DNA of 64,000 bases from Eledone cirrhosa (lineage: Eukaryota), in the NCBI GenBank assembly GCA_964016885.1, contig OZ024745.1, forward strand, positions 129,084,001 to 129,148,000. The letters run 5' to 3'. The position numbers and the translations under genes were made by a program. Within the stretch, counting starts at the first letter, position 1. Every line of letters starts with the position of its first letter. The notes beneath the pieces were generated by a model. That model saw nothing but the letters and a program-made list of their open reading frames with translations. It had not been told where the DNA came from and did not search any database. Positions 1-11,395 of this stretch are shown one piece after another.

Positions 1-344
1 TATATGTATATATCTGTGTTTATCTTTCTTTTATATTCAATTATAATATACGGCTCCGAAAAATCTCTTTCCTAGAGCTATTTTATTGTAAAAGACTATT
101 TTGAGTTTCTAACTCAATATATACCTTCAATTATTTTGTTTGACCTGTTTGGCTTGCCTCGTATTTTTTGTTTAGGTGGTTGATGGCTTCTTGACCGCCA
201 TTTCAGTTTGTTTGGCCTTTATAACCTATGTTTATTGCTCTGGTCTTTATTTGGTCAATTGAGCGCTTGCCAGCATAACTCAGATATTGCGTTTCGCTTT
301 GTTTTCGACCACTGCCGAAATCCGATCTCACTAAAATTATATTT

Positions 345-520
345 GATATATATATATTATAAGAACATATTAAAGTTTAAGCAAATAATCGCTGCTTTCA
401 CCCTTAACAGGATCATCTGAAACTCATAAATATTTGCTCTACGGGTTTATATATATATTATATATATATAATCCTTATCGAGCCCTCCTCGGGTTTTAGT
501 CTTCACATTTATTATTACTA
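345..520 (-). mobile_element. Short HHR-bearing element, family E (Penelope-like pLTR/retrozyme-type fragment), partly folded back
   Basis: Same sequence family as 40602-40805 (shared tail 'taaatatttgctctacgg...atccttatcgagccctc...ttttagtcttca'). Bordered by (TA)n. Contains an HHR-like fold on the minus strand. Confidence 0.6.
373..425 (-). ncRNA. Type I hammerhead-like motif with variant CAGAUGA core (family E)
   Basis: Minus strand reads GAGTTT-CAGATGA-TCCTGTTAAGGGT-GAA-AGCA-(loop)-TGCT-T-AAACTT. Helix I AGTTT/AAACT, helix II CCT/AGG, helix III AGCA/TGCT. Confidence 0.55.
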
Positions 521-533
521 TATATATATACAA

Positions 534-710
534 GGGTGGTGGATTGGCAGTATCGGTAGAGGGTCGGACGCTATGCTTTCCAGCATAGTTATGTCCCTTT
601 ACGGTCTGAGTTCAAATCCCGTCGAGGTTAACTTTGCGGGGTCGATAAAATAAAGTACCAGTAATACATGGGTTATTGCTGGCCTTGTACCAAAAGTAGA
701 AACAATTATT
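534..710 (+). mobile_element. tRNA-derived SINE (dominant octopod-type family), short internal deletion
   Basis: Head 'ggtggattggcagtatcggtagagggtcggacg' (A-box-like), B-box-like 'gagttcaaatccc', body 'ggggtcgataaaataaagtaccag', tail 'ggccttgt..caaaagtagaaacaattatt'. About 15 copies in the window. Confidence 0.85.
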
Positions 711-711
711 A

Positions 712-779
<68 letters not shown>

Positions 780-815
780 GTGTGTGTGCGTGCGTGTGCG
801 TGTGCATGCGTGTGT
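710..815. repeat. (TA)n/(TG)n microsatellite
   Basis: Direct reading. Confidence 0.95.
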
Positions 816-1139
816 ATGATAGGTGTTTGCGTGTTGGCGTGCGTGTTTCTGGAAGGGTATTAATGTGTAAACGTATTCTTAGTATCCTATGTTAAATGTA
901 AACACCAAGGTACATGTTAGAAGAAGCAAGATATTTAGGTAGATGGCTGTGGGAAGCTACTGTTTTGTCATCACCCATCAATTATGAGGATTTAATTAGA
1001 GAAACACATAGAGCGCTTATTTTTTCATGGCTGAATAGTGAGTCATGTAGGTGGAAGTAGGCAGTGTGGTAGCTAAATGGGATTACGGGGAGGGAGAGTG
1101 GGGGCGGGGTGATTAGGAAGAAGATAGTGAGATGATGAA

Positions 1140-1176
1140 GAGAAATAGGTAGATGGATAGGTAGATAGATAGAGAA

Positions 1177-1226
<50 letters not shown>

Positions 1227-1500
1227 GCAGATAGATAGATAGACAGAGAGGGAGAGAGATACAGACATACAGATAGATAGATAGAGAGAGAGAAAGAGAG
1301 AGAGAGATAGAGAAAGATAGGGATAGAGATAGGGAGAAAGATATATATATATATATAGGGAGAGAGAGAACGAGAGAGATAAAAAGATAGGGAGAGAGAG
1401 AACGAGAGAGAGAGAGTTAGAGAGAGAGACGTATATATATATGTATGTAAACAGACGTATATGTATATACACATACATACATGTATGTGTATATGTTCTT
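1140..1500. repeat. Compound (GA)n/(GATA)n/(TA)n low-complexity tract
   Basis: Direct reading. Explains ORFs 1073-1478. Confidence 0.9.
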
Positions 1501-1647
1501 ATGGTTTTATTATTTTCACATGTCGGCTCTTGTGGCTAATAAATGAGATCATTATTTTCACTGATAGAGAAAAAGATAGCCAGTTTCTGACATAGACACA
1601 AGACACGTTCATTAGAATTTAGACATCAACTAGGTAAATACGAATGT

Positions 1648-1738
<91 letters not shown>

Positions 1739-2085
1739 TATGTGTATGTGTAGGTATGTATGTTATTGTACGTGTGGATCCATTTTTGAGTTATGTGGAC
1801 ATGTGCATATGATGCTGTTTCTATACATGCAGTTATTACACACAGAATTACTGAAATGTTTCACATATTTTTACAGTTCAAGTAATAGACTGTACTTGCA
1901 TCTTTCTAACTAGTCGTGTTCTGGTTCTGGGAAGCCAAGCTTACTAAGATTTGTACTAAGGCAGTCAGTAACGTACCTAAGAGCCGTAATGATCACAGGT
2001 AGAAAACTAAAGGTATTGTCAGGGGGGGGGGGGGGGGTATCTGCAGATTCCTCAAGCGAGCAAATGCATACCACAACAACGATAA

Positions 2086-2250
2086 ATAATTGTTTCTACT
2101 TTTGGCACAGTGCATTACTGGTACTTTATTTTATCGACCCCGTAAGGATGAAAGGCAAAGTTAACCTCGGCGGGATTTGAACTCAGACCATAAAGGGACG
2201 TAGCTCTTTGCTGCAAAGCATGGCGTTCTACCCTCTACAGATACTGCCAA
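2086..2250 (-). mobile_element. Dominant SINE copy
   Basis: Reverse complement of the SINE consensus ('actggtactttattttatcgaccccgtaaggatgaaaggcaaagttaacctcggcgggatttgaactcag'). Confidence 0.85.
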
Positions 2251-2324
2251 TACTTCCAATAACTAGAATCACGTAGAACGGAACGCAACAATAAGCAGGT
2301 GACCAAACACCACACTATAAAGGC

Positions 2325-4774
2325 CGCCGCCATAACTTTCAGCGAAGAAGACGAGTTTATAATAATCGAGATTTGAGATTTTTAAACATGACCTGAAATG
2401 TGTTTTAATCGAAATCTCCAAGATCTAGAAATATTTCACAAGGGATATCTTGGGGTCGGGGAGAAATCTTACATATCCAGCGTGTGGGACCCCATTTGCT
2501 CTTATTAGTGAGAGATAGAAAGGGCGAGAGAGATGGAAGTGATGACAGTGGGAGTTCGGACCCAGTGTACATAAGAGATGGGGAGGGTGAGAAAGACAGA
2601 GGTGATGGCAGTGGGAGTTCGGCTCCTCTGTGTTCGGACCTGGTGTACATGAGAGATGGAGGGTGGGTGGCGAAAGAGATGGAGGTGATGACACTGGGAG
2701 TTCGGCTCCTCTGTGTTCGGACCTGGTGTACATGAGAGATGGAGGGTGGGTGGCGAAAGAGATGGAGGTGATGACACTGGGAGTTCGGCTCCTCTGTAGT
2801 CGGACCTGGTGTACATGAGAGATGGAGGGTGGGTGGCGAAAGAGATGGAGGTGATGACACTGGGAGTTCGGCTCCTCTGTGTTCGGACCTGGTGTACATG
2901 AGAGATGGAGGGTGGGTGGCGAAAGAGATGGAGGTGATGACACTGGGAGTTCGGCTCCTCTGTAGTCGGACCTGGTGTACATGAGAGATGGAGGGTGGGT
3001 GGCGAAAGAGATGGAGGTGATGACACTGGGAGTTCGGCTCCTCTGTGTTCGGACCTGGTGTACATGAGAGATGGAGGGTGGGTGGCGAAAGAGATGGAGG
3101 TGATGACACTGGGAGTTCGGCTCCTCTGTAGTCGGACCTGGTGTACATGAGAGATGGAGGGTGGGTGGCGAAAGAGATGGAGGTGATGACACTGGGAGTT
3201 CGGCTCCTCTGTAGTCGGACCTGGTGTACATGAGAGATGGAGGGTGGGTGGCGAAAGAGATGGAGGTGATGACACTGGGAGTTCGGCTCCTCTGTAGTCG
3301 GACCTGGTGTACATGAGAGATGGAGGGTGGGTGGCGAAAGAGATGGAGGTGATGACACTGGGAGTTCGGCTCCTCTGTAGTCGGACCTGGTGTACATGAG
3401 AGATGGAGGGTGGGTGGCGAAAGGGATGGAGGTAATGACACTGGGAGTTCGGCTCCTCTGTGTTCGGACCTGGTGTACATGAGAGATGGCGGGTGGGTGG
3501 CGAAAGAGATGGAGGTGATGACACTGGGAGTTCGGCTCCTCTGTAGTCGGACCTGGTGTACATGAGAGATGGCGGGTGGGTGGCGAAAGAGATGGAGGTG
3601 ATGACACTGGGAGTTCGGCTCCTCTGTAGTCGGACCTGGTGTACATGAGAGATGGAGGGTGGGTGGCGAAAGAGATGGAGGTGATGACACTGGGAGTTCG
3701 GCTCCTCTGTAGTCGGACCTGGTGTACATGAGAGATGGAGGGTGGGTGGCGAAAGAGATGGAGGTGATGACACTGGGAGTTCGGCTCCTCTGTAGTCGGA
3801 CCTGGTGTACATGAGAGATGGAGGGTGGGTGGCGAAAGAGATGGAGGTGATGACACTGGGAGTTCGGCTCCTCTGTAGTCGGACCTGGTGTACATGAGAG
3901 ATGGAGGGTGGGTGGCGAAAGAGATGGAGGTGATGACACTGGGAGTTCGGCTCCTCTGTAGTCGGACCTGGTGTACATGAGAGATGGAGGGTGGGTGGCG
4001 AAAGGGATGGAGGTAATGACACTGGGAGTTCGGCTCCTCTGTGTTCGGACCTGGTGTACATGAGAGATGGCGGGTGGGTGGCGAAAGAGATGGAGGTGAT
4101 GACACTGGGAGTTCGGCTCCTCTGTAGTCGGACCTGGTGTACATGAGAGATGGAGGGTGGGTGGCGAAAGAGATGGAGGTGATGACACTGGGAGTTCGGC
4201 TCCTCTGTAGTCGGACCTGGTGTACATGAGAGATGGAGGGTGGGTGGCGAAAGGGATGGAGGTAATGACACTGGGAGTTCGGCTCCTCTGTGTTCGGACC
4301 TGGTGTACATGAGAGATGGCGGGTGGGTGGCGAAAGAGATGGAGGTGATGACACTGGGAGTTCGGCTCCTCTGTAGTCGGACCTGGTGTACATGAGAGAT
4401 GGCGGGTGGGTGGCGAAAGAGATGGAGGTGATGACACTGGGAGTTCGGCTCCTCTGTAGTCGGACCTGGTGTACATGAGAGATGGCGGGTGGGTGGCGAA
4501 AGAGATGGAGGTGATGACACTGGGAGTTCGGCTCCTCTGTAGTCGGACCTGGTGTACATGAGAGATGGAGGGTGGGTGGCGAAAGGGATGGAGGTAATGA
4601 CACTGGGAGTTCGGCTCCTCTGTAGTCGGACCTGGTGTACGTGTATGTGCATGATTACCACAATATTAAAATTATGGGAGTGTCACTCTGAGCTCCCCTT
4701 TCCCTTCAATACCTTACTTGATGGAGGAATGTCAAATAAGCCAATATCTACATTCATACCAAAATTGCGACACA

Positions 4775-4838
<64 letters not shown>

Positions 4839-5075
4839 TAAACACACACACACGTATAGACATACACTCTCACATAAGTAACATTCAATTGAAATTCTTT
4901 AATTAACTGAAATCATAATTGCAATTAGCTGGCAAAATAATCTGTTATGGGTGCTTAAATTCTAAGACTTTTAGATGTTGAAGTTTTCCGTTAAAACTTT
5001 ATATTTCAGGTCATGTCTATACATCTCAAATTTCGATTTTCATGAACTCGTTTTCTCAGATGAGAATTATGCCGC
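2325..5075. mobile_element. Old foldback/MITE-like element with diverged ~100-bp inverted termini, enclosing the 83-bp array
   Basis: 2331-2432 'cataactttcagcgaagaagacgagtttataataatcgagatttgagatttttaaacatgacctgaaat' aligns to the reverse complement of 4965-5071 'cataattctcatctgagaaaacgagttcatgaaaatcgaaatttgagatgtatagacatgacctgaaat'. Confidence 0.55.
2564..4640. repeat. 83-bp tandem repeat, ~25 near-identical copies
   Basis: Unit CATGAGAGATGGAGGGTGGGTGGCGAAAGAGATGGAGGTGATGACACTGGGAGTTCGGCTCCTCTGTAGTCGGACCTGGTGTA. Period 83 (e.g. 2731 to 2814). First unit is degenerate. Confidence 0.97.
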
Positions 5076-5201
5076 TTGCTCATTTGATATGGTTTAAATC
5101 TAAACACAAAAAACAAGAGAGACAAATATAACCATGAATGTTAAACAAAGGTCTTGGAAAATAAAATATATAAATGGAGTTACGAAAGATTCCATTCTTA
5201 A

Positions 5202-5421
5202 CCCTTTAACATTTAAACCGGTCATGTCTGGACAGAATTTTCACACCTTTTTCTGTTCAAACCGGCTGTAACCGGCTGCTCATATTAATGTTAAGGTATT
5301 TTTCTCAAAATAAATAATATCAAAATCTCATAGATTCGATATTATGTGAGATAATTATGTAAGGTAATGTTTTTACATGAAAATACAATAGCAAATATAT
5401 AATAATCTAAATGCTAAAGGG
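5202..5421. mobile_element. piggyBac-like MITE
   Basis: TTAA at both ends (5198-5201, 5422-5425). Terminal inverted repeats CCCTTTAACATTTA / TAAATGCTAAAGGG. Confidence 0.8.
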
Positions 5422-5505
5422 TTAAAGCCTATTATGGTATCAGATAGCTTCTTAAATATTGTAAGAGGTGGCTATTTACGGGATTCCTGATATACAACTA
5501 TATAT

Positions 5506-5728
5506 GTTTTAATATAGAAGAGCTTCTACAGGACTAGAACTGTTTCATTCATGAGAAATCAGCAGGAAGCCCGAATCATCGTGAGAAATCATCAGAAGCT
5601 TAATGATGATTTCTCACGAATGAAATAGTTCTAGTCCTGTAGAAGCTCTTCTATATTAAAACATTTATACTCTGCTATGTATTGAGTACCTTACTTACTG
5701 TGGTTACCTCCGATTCAACCTGGAATAA

Positions 5729-5730
<2 letters not shown>
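5506..5730. mobile_element. HHR-bearing element family A, head-to-head foldback copy
   Basis: Inverted arms 'aatatagaagagcttctacaggactagaactgtttcattc' / 'gaatgaaatagttctagtcctgtagaagctcttctatatt'. Tail '...gtattgagtaccttacttactgtggttacctccgattcaacctggaataac' ends in (TA)n. Family members at 6931, 8881, 9103, 32158, 48220, 59051. Confidence 0.75.
5522..5570 (-). ncRNA. Type I hammerhead ribozyme motif (family A), core mutated to CUGCUGA
   Basis: GCTTC-CTGCTGA-TTTCTCATGAAT-GAA-ACAG-TTCTAGTC-CTGT-A-GAAGC. Helix I 5 bp, helix III 4 bp, GUA cleavage triplet. Confidence 0.7.
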
Positions 5731-5819
<89 letters not shown>

Positions 5820-6055
5820 AGGGTGGATAAAATTCCCGAGATCTATGCACGAATTCTCTCCAGCGGTCTCTATCCTTCATCGTCGCCGCCATGACCTGCG
5901 TCTCCAGGAAACTTGTGTCTGTCCTTAGGGCCTCAACATATGTCAACCTCGGTCTCCCTCTTCCAGTGTGTCCGTGTAGGGGCTTCCACAGGAGCACTGA
6001 GTGCAGTGTCAACTCTGGATGTCGGTGAGCATGTCCAGCTAACCCCAGTCTCTTC
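5820..6055 (-). mobile_element. RTE-clade LINE 3' fragment
   Basis: Minus-strand translation 'LHSVLLWKPLHGHTGRGRPRLTYVEALRTDT...MKDRDRWREFV' matches the typical RTE ORF C-terminus (GRP...W). Confidence 0.75.
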
Positions 6056-6187
6056 TCTGTTAATTTCGAGTTGAAAGAGAGAAATGTAACATATTAAATA
6101 TGTTAGAATTATGTGCTCCTCAATAAAGAAGCTCAATAGATTTTATCTAGAGAAATATTAAGTCAAAAGTAGAAGATATGTGTATAT

Positions 6188-6299
6188 AAAGAGAGAAGGA
6201 CCCATATATCAAGAGAAGACACAGTATATTGTATATATACTATTATATTGTATATATACTATTACTGTGTTTTCTCTGCATATATGGTTCTTTCTCTCT

Positions 6300-6303
<4 letters not shown>
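6188..6303. repeat. Imperfect palindrome (foldback fragment) beside (TA)n
   Basis: 'aaagagagaaggacccatatatcaagagaagacacagta' versus 'tactgtgttttctctgcatatatggttctttctctcttt'. Confidence 0.6.
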
Positions 6304-6372
<69 letters not shown>

Positions 6373-6448
6373 TATATATATATATACAGAGAGAGAGGGG
6401 GGACGGAGGGAGAGAGAGAGAGATGTATAAAATCCCGACCGCAGACCC

Positions 6449-6505
<57 letters not shown>

Positions 6506-6894
6506 ATATATGTGTGTGTGTGTGTGTGTATATACATATATATATACACAACCTAACATGTATGTATAGTGTATGTAAGTGTGATGTATGTAAGTTTGTG
6601 ATGGTATTTTTTAGTGCAACATAGTGTATATTAGATACATATCTACTGTGGGGGTGATTGCTAATGTCACACGGGTGAATACCTTCTGTTATTTTAACTG
6701 TTTATAAGCCTCCTCTACTGTTCAGTTAGTGTAAGACTATACATAGGCACTCACATAAGCACATACATTAAGACATTGATGGCATATATATATATATACG
6801 TACATAACGGTACATAGTTGTGCATGTATAGCATGCAAGCACATACTATAGATAGAAAGATTGAGAGAACGAGACAGAGAAAGTGAGAGACTGA

Positions 6895-6930
<36 letters not shown>

Positions 6931-6943
6931 TAATATAGAAATG

Positions 6944-6990
6944 GCTTCTACAGGACTAAAAATGTTTCATTCGTAGGAAATCTTCAGGAG
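6944..6990 (-). ncRNA. Type I hammerhead motif (family A), CUGAAGA core
   Basis: Minus strand: CTC-CTGAAGA-TTTCCTACGAAT-GAA-ACAT-TTTTAGTC-CTGT-A-GAAGC. Helix I is shortened and helix III has one mismatch. Confidence 0.65.
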
Positions 6991-7014
6991 ATCATCTATA
7001 TATCTATCTATCTA

Positions 7015-7332
7015 TCACCCCAGTAAATTTACTGAAAGGTGGGTGAATGAAGCGAAAATGGCCCGAGTGATTGGGCCTTCTCTGTTTATAAGCCTGTAGG
7101 TTAAAGAAGAGAGCAAAAGGAAGAAGGGGCACTTGCACAACACGCTCCTGTAGTTGAGGGTTGTTCTATCTACGGGGGTATTAAACAACCCATTTGTGGC
7201 GCCTCTCCCTCATTGAGGATTTCGATTGTTATAATTGTTTGTTTCATATTTTTACACGATTGTATGTAAAATCCCCGGCATGTGTCTTTGTATTGTCCCC
7301 TTTTCTTGTGCGCCCTTGTGGCAAATAAAGAA

Positions 7333-7335
<3 letters not shown>
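7015..7335 (+). mobile_element. 5'-truncated L1/Tx1 LINE 3' end, related to 41728-46964
   Basis: Translates 'SKFTERWVNEAKMARVIGPSL', compare 'QHFVERWVREASMARVNGPTL' at the end of ORF2 of the long copy. Similar 3' UTR terminus 'cccttgtggcaaataaagaaa'. Flanked on both sides by (ATCT)n. Confidence 0.85.
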
Positions 7336-7386
<51 letters not shown>

Positions 7387-7695
7387 ATAATAAGTTGACG
7401 GAACTAGCATCGGTATCACTGCTAGCACCGGTTGCATCTCAGCGTACTCAATAGGTAATGTTAAATAAACTCCCAGAGTATACACATAGTTATTCGCTTC
7501 AATACAACACACGTAAACAGGTACCTTCAATTATTCCCGAGATCGAGTTGCGGCCACACTTAATGCAGCAACAGAGAGCTCTGCACCCTCTGTCCGCATA
7601 TATTATGCAACAATGCACAATTGGCGCCGCACGTGGCTTCATCAGCGGGTTTCGCCTAATCAATAACTAATCGATCGACAGAATTCGACTCCCGT

Positions 7696-7794
<99 letters not shown>

Positions 7795-7829
7795 AGGTTA
7801 TGAACAGTAACATGTTAGTATATAAACAT

Positions 7830-8046
7830 GCGGTGGATTGGCAGTATCGGTAGAGAGTCGGACGCCATGCTTTGACGCATAGAGTTACGGCCGTTGCCAT
7901 TCTGAGTTCAAATCCCGCCGAGGTTAACTTTGCCTTTCATCCTTAAAATAAAGTACCAGTAATGTACTGGGTAATTGCTGGCTATAAGTACCAGTAATGC
8001 ACTAGGTGATTGCTGGCCATGTGCCAGACGTAGAAACAATTATTAT
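7830..8046 (+). mobile_element. Dominant SINE copy with a duplicated 3' segment
   Basis: Consensus match. 'aagtaccagtaatg.actg/agg...ttgctggc' is present twice. Confidence 0.85.
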
Positions 8047-8324
8047 AAGGTTACATACAAATATTCAGTGTCGCTACATCACATATATGTCGATGTCTAG
8101 GTATGTGTCTGTGGTGTACAATCACTTCTAAGACACACCCACCCATCCAACCATCTTTCACCCACCCATCCACTCGTCCATACACACATATACACACATA
8201 TACATACAAAGCAAATAGGCAGAGTTGTTAGATAGTTAGCTAAAGTACATTACCGCATTTGTCACGGCACTCTGCGCACTTAGATCAAATTAGGCGTACA
8301 AGAAATTGGCTTTTCATTACTCCA

Positions 8325-8377
8325 GAGTATCAAATGATCTCGCTTAGGGTGAAAGCAGAATCTTTTTGCTTAAACTC
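8325..8377 (+). ncRNA. Degenerate hammerhead-like motif (family E relative)
   Basis: GAGTAT-CAAATGA-TCTCGCTTAGGGT-GAA-AGCAGA...TTTGCT-T-AAACTC. Confidence 0.4.
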
Positions 8378-8464
8378 TTAATCTGCCCTAATAATAATTG
8401 TTTCTACTATTGTCACAAGGTCAGCAATTATCCCTAATAATGATAATAATAACGATAATAATAA

Positions 8465-8526
<62 letters not shown>

Positions 8527-8578
8527 TATATATATGTGTGTGTGTGAGAAAAACCACAGACCCTCCATCTCAACTCTA

Positions 8579-8614
8579 CTTTTGAAAAGCAGAAGAACTG
8601 CGAAACCGGTAAAG
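8579..8614 (+). ncRNA. Degenerate minimal hammerhead relic (family K) within a ~200-bp island between microsatellites
   Basis: CTT-TTGAAAA-GCAG-AAGAA-CTGC-GAA-ACCGGT-A-AAG. Helices are intact and helix III is palindromic, but the core is decayed relative to CUGANGA. Confidence 0.45.
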
Positions 8615-8743
8615 GAACCAAATAAATATATATTTTTTTAAAAAATAAGACTCCAGTTGCATTTTCGATTTCATCTTTTTTTCTTTATACTTTCACTCGT
8701 GTAGGACACCTCGGTTATTTTTCATTTTGTAAAAAAACCTCAC

Positions 8744-8880
<137 letters not shown>

Positions 8881-9052
8881 GCTTCTAGGGACTAGAACTG
8901 TTTCATCCAAAGGAAGATGATTTCCCCCGATGGAAACAGTTCCAGTCCTGTAGAACCTATTTCTATATTAAACATTATATACTCTACTATGTATTGAGTA
9001 CCTTACTTACCGCGGTTACCCCCGATTGAACCCGGGATACATACATACATTC

Positions 9053-9104
<52 letters not shown>

Positions 9105-9162
9105 GTTATTCCGGTTTGAGTCGGAGGTAACCACAGTAAGTAAGGTACTCAATACATAGCAG
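8881..9162. mobile_element. Family A foldback copy (8881-9040) plus inverted tail fragment (9103-9162) across a (TA)n tract
   Basis: Sequence match to 5506-5730 and 48220-48405. Confidence 0.75.
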
Positions 9163-9206
9163 ATATGTATATATATATACGTATATATATATACATACAT
9201 ATATAT

Positions 9207-9244
<38 letters not shown>

Positions 9245-9245
<1 letters not shown>

Positions 9246-9518
9246 TGTGCGGGAGAGAAGGCTGAGATGGTATGGGCATGTGATGCGCATGGATGATGAC
9301 CGCTGGGTAAAGAAGTGCCTAGAAATGCCAGTAGATGGCAGACGCAGTAGAGGAAGACCACAAAAAACATGGGCGGAGGTGGTGAGATCTGACCTCAGAT
9401 CGCTGAAGCTCACGGAGGAGATGACGAAGGACCGTGACAAATGGAGGGATGCTGTGCTGAATAGGACTCGTCCCACCCTTGAAAGCAGGGAAAAGCGGAC
9501 GTAAAATGATGATGTTGT

Positions 9519-9548
<30 letters not shown>
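9245..9548 (+). mobile_element. RTE-clade LINE 3' end with (GAT)n tail
   Basis: 'RERRLRWYGHVMRMDDDRWVKKCLEMPVDGRRSRGRPQKTWAEVVRSD...DRDKWR' is the canonical RTE C-terminus. Followed by (GAT)n. Confidence 0.9.
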
Positions 9549-9549
<1 letters not shown>

Positions 9550-9918
9550 ATATATATAGACATATATATCTATGAACCCCATAAACATAAATTTAGTGAC
9601 ACAGAGTATTTAGATTGTAATCACATCACTGCCATCTCAACATCAGGTTTACAAGCATGTATATCATTCACTCTCGTTACGGTTCGTCAGAGCCCGTTTA
9701 GCTACGCCCAGATGTTGCACTGTAGAAAACAATATCTTTTTTATAGGCATTTCTAAAAAGACGATCCGTAGTCAATACTTTACGTATAATGCAAGATAAT
9801 CGGGTAGATTTAAGTATAATTATTATGCATAAACTTATTCTGTATAGTTTCATATGAGCCTTTTATCGCGTATGTGATATCAGTAATAGATATATACTTA
9901 TACGTACATATTTATTTA

Positions 9919-10009
<91 letters not shown>

Positions 10010-10059
10010 CACACACACACACACGCACGGAGAAACACGGTAGTACATCAGTGGCTAAT

Positions 10060-11335
10060 ACATAAAATGTTGCACGCCGGAGCATGCGGGATGAGTCAGG
10101 GCGCTGCCCGGTGAAGCCAAAGAAAAATATAGCGGAACACACGATGCCGGAGCCTACGATGAGAGCCGGCAAAGCCAAGGCAAGATATAGCAAAGCACAT
10201 GACTCCGGAGTGTGCGAGGCGAGTAAGGACGCAGCTCGGCGAAGTCAAGGCAAGATATAGCGAAACACACGATGTGGGAGCGTATTAACCGAGTAAGGAA
10301 GCGGCCCGGCGTAACCAAAGCATGATATAGCAAAACACACGACACTGGAACGTGTGAGACGAGTAGGGGCACGGTCCGGCGATGAGAAGGAAAGATATAC
10401 CAAGACACACGGCGCCAGAGTGTGCGCGGTGTGTTGGGCGCGGCCCGACGAAGCTAAGGGAACGTATAGCAAAATACACGACGTCAGAGAGTGCAAGGGG
10501 CGCGGCCTGTCAAAGCCAAGGCAAGGTGAGCCTGGGCACGGCCAGGTTAAGCTAAAGCAAGATATAGGAGAACACTCGAAACCAGAGCGTACGTGTTGCC
10601 CCGGGTCATTGACCAGCCATGCAAAGGGAAGATATAGTAAAACACATGACGCCGGAGCATGCAAGACGAACCGGGCATGGCCCTGTGAAGTTAAAGCAAA
10701 ATATATAAAAAATGACGAAACCACAGCGTGCGAGGCGAGCCGGGGTGAAACTCGGCAAAGCCAAGGGAAGATATAGCAAAACACACGATGCTGGAGCGTG
10801 CGAGGAGAGCCGGGACACGGCCCGGTTAAGCTAAAGCAAGATATAGCAAAACACACGAAACCAGAGCGTGCGAGGTGAGTAGGTGCGCTTCCCGGTGAAG
10901 CCACGGCAAGGTCTAGCAAAAGACACGACATCGGAGCGTGCAAGTAGAGTCGGGGCTCGCCTCTGCGAAGCCAAGGTAGGATATAGCAAAACACACGATA
11001 CCGGAGCGAGTGAGGTGAGTAGGGGCACTGCCCAGCGAAGCCAAGGAAAGATGGAGTAAAAGACACGATGTCGGAGCGTGTTAATCGGGTATGGGAGCAG
11101 CCTGGCGAAGACAAACCAAGATATAGTAAATTGCACGCTGTCAGAGTGTGCTAGGCGAACTGAGGTACGGACCGCCGAAGCCAAACAGGATATAAAAACA
11201 CACACGACGCCAGAGCGGGGCGCCGCCCAGCGAAGCTAAGGCAAGATATAGTAAAACACAGAAAGTCGGAGCAAGTTAGTCGAGTAGGGGACCGGCCTGG
11301 CAAAAGCAAGACAAGATATAGTAAAACACGCATAC
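10060..11335. repeat. Diverged GC-rich 70-bp tandem repeat (~17-18 copies)
   Basis: Recurring 'gccaaggcaagatatagcaaaacacacgatgccggagcgtgcgag...cccggcgaa' at 10174, 10244, 10314, 10384 (period 70). Explains ORFs 10154-11465. Confidence 0.9.
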
Positions 11336-11395
11336 CTTGCTGGCCAGTATGGTATAGCAAGCCACATCGGACACTGGAATAGTTCCCGTTATTTT

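Noticed and set aside
534-625. SINE heads as tRNA genes
   Set aside because: They have A/B-box-like words but no cloverleaf, and are always followed by the SINE body and tail.
2564-4640. 83-bp unit as a tandem hammerhead (GTGATGA and GCGAAAG present)
   Set aside because: No consistent helices I and III or NUH site could be built around these words.
2405-4661. Three overlapping 683-732 aa ORFs as genes; the array as a CRISPR locus
   Set aside because: They are translations of a stop-free 83-bp tandem unit. There are no unique spacers, no cas genes, and the context is eukaryotic.
7621-7657. Minus-strand CTGATGA-AGCC..GGC as a hammerhead
   Set aside because: GAAA does not follow helix II (it reads GCCAA) and there is no helix I pairing.
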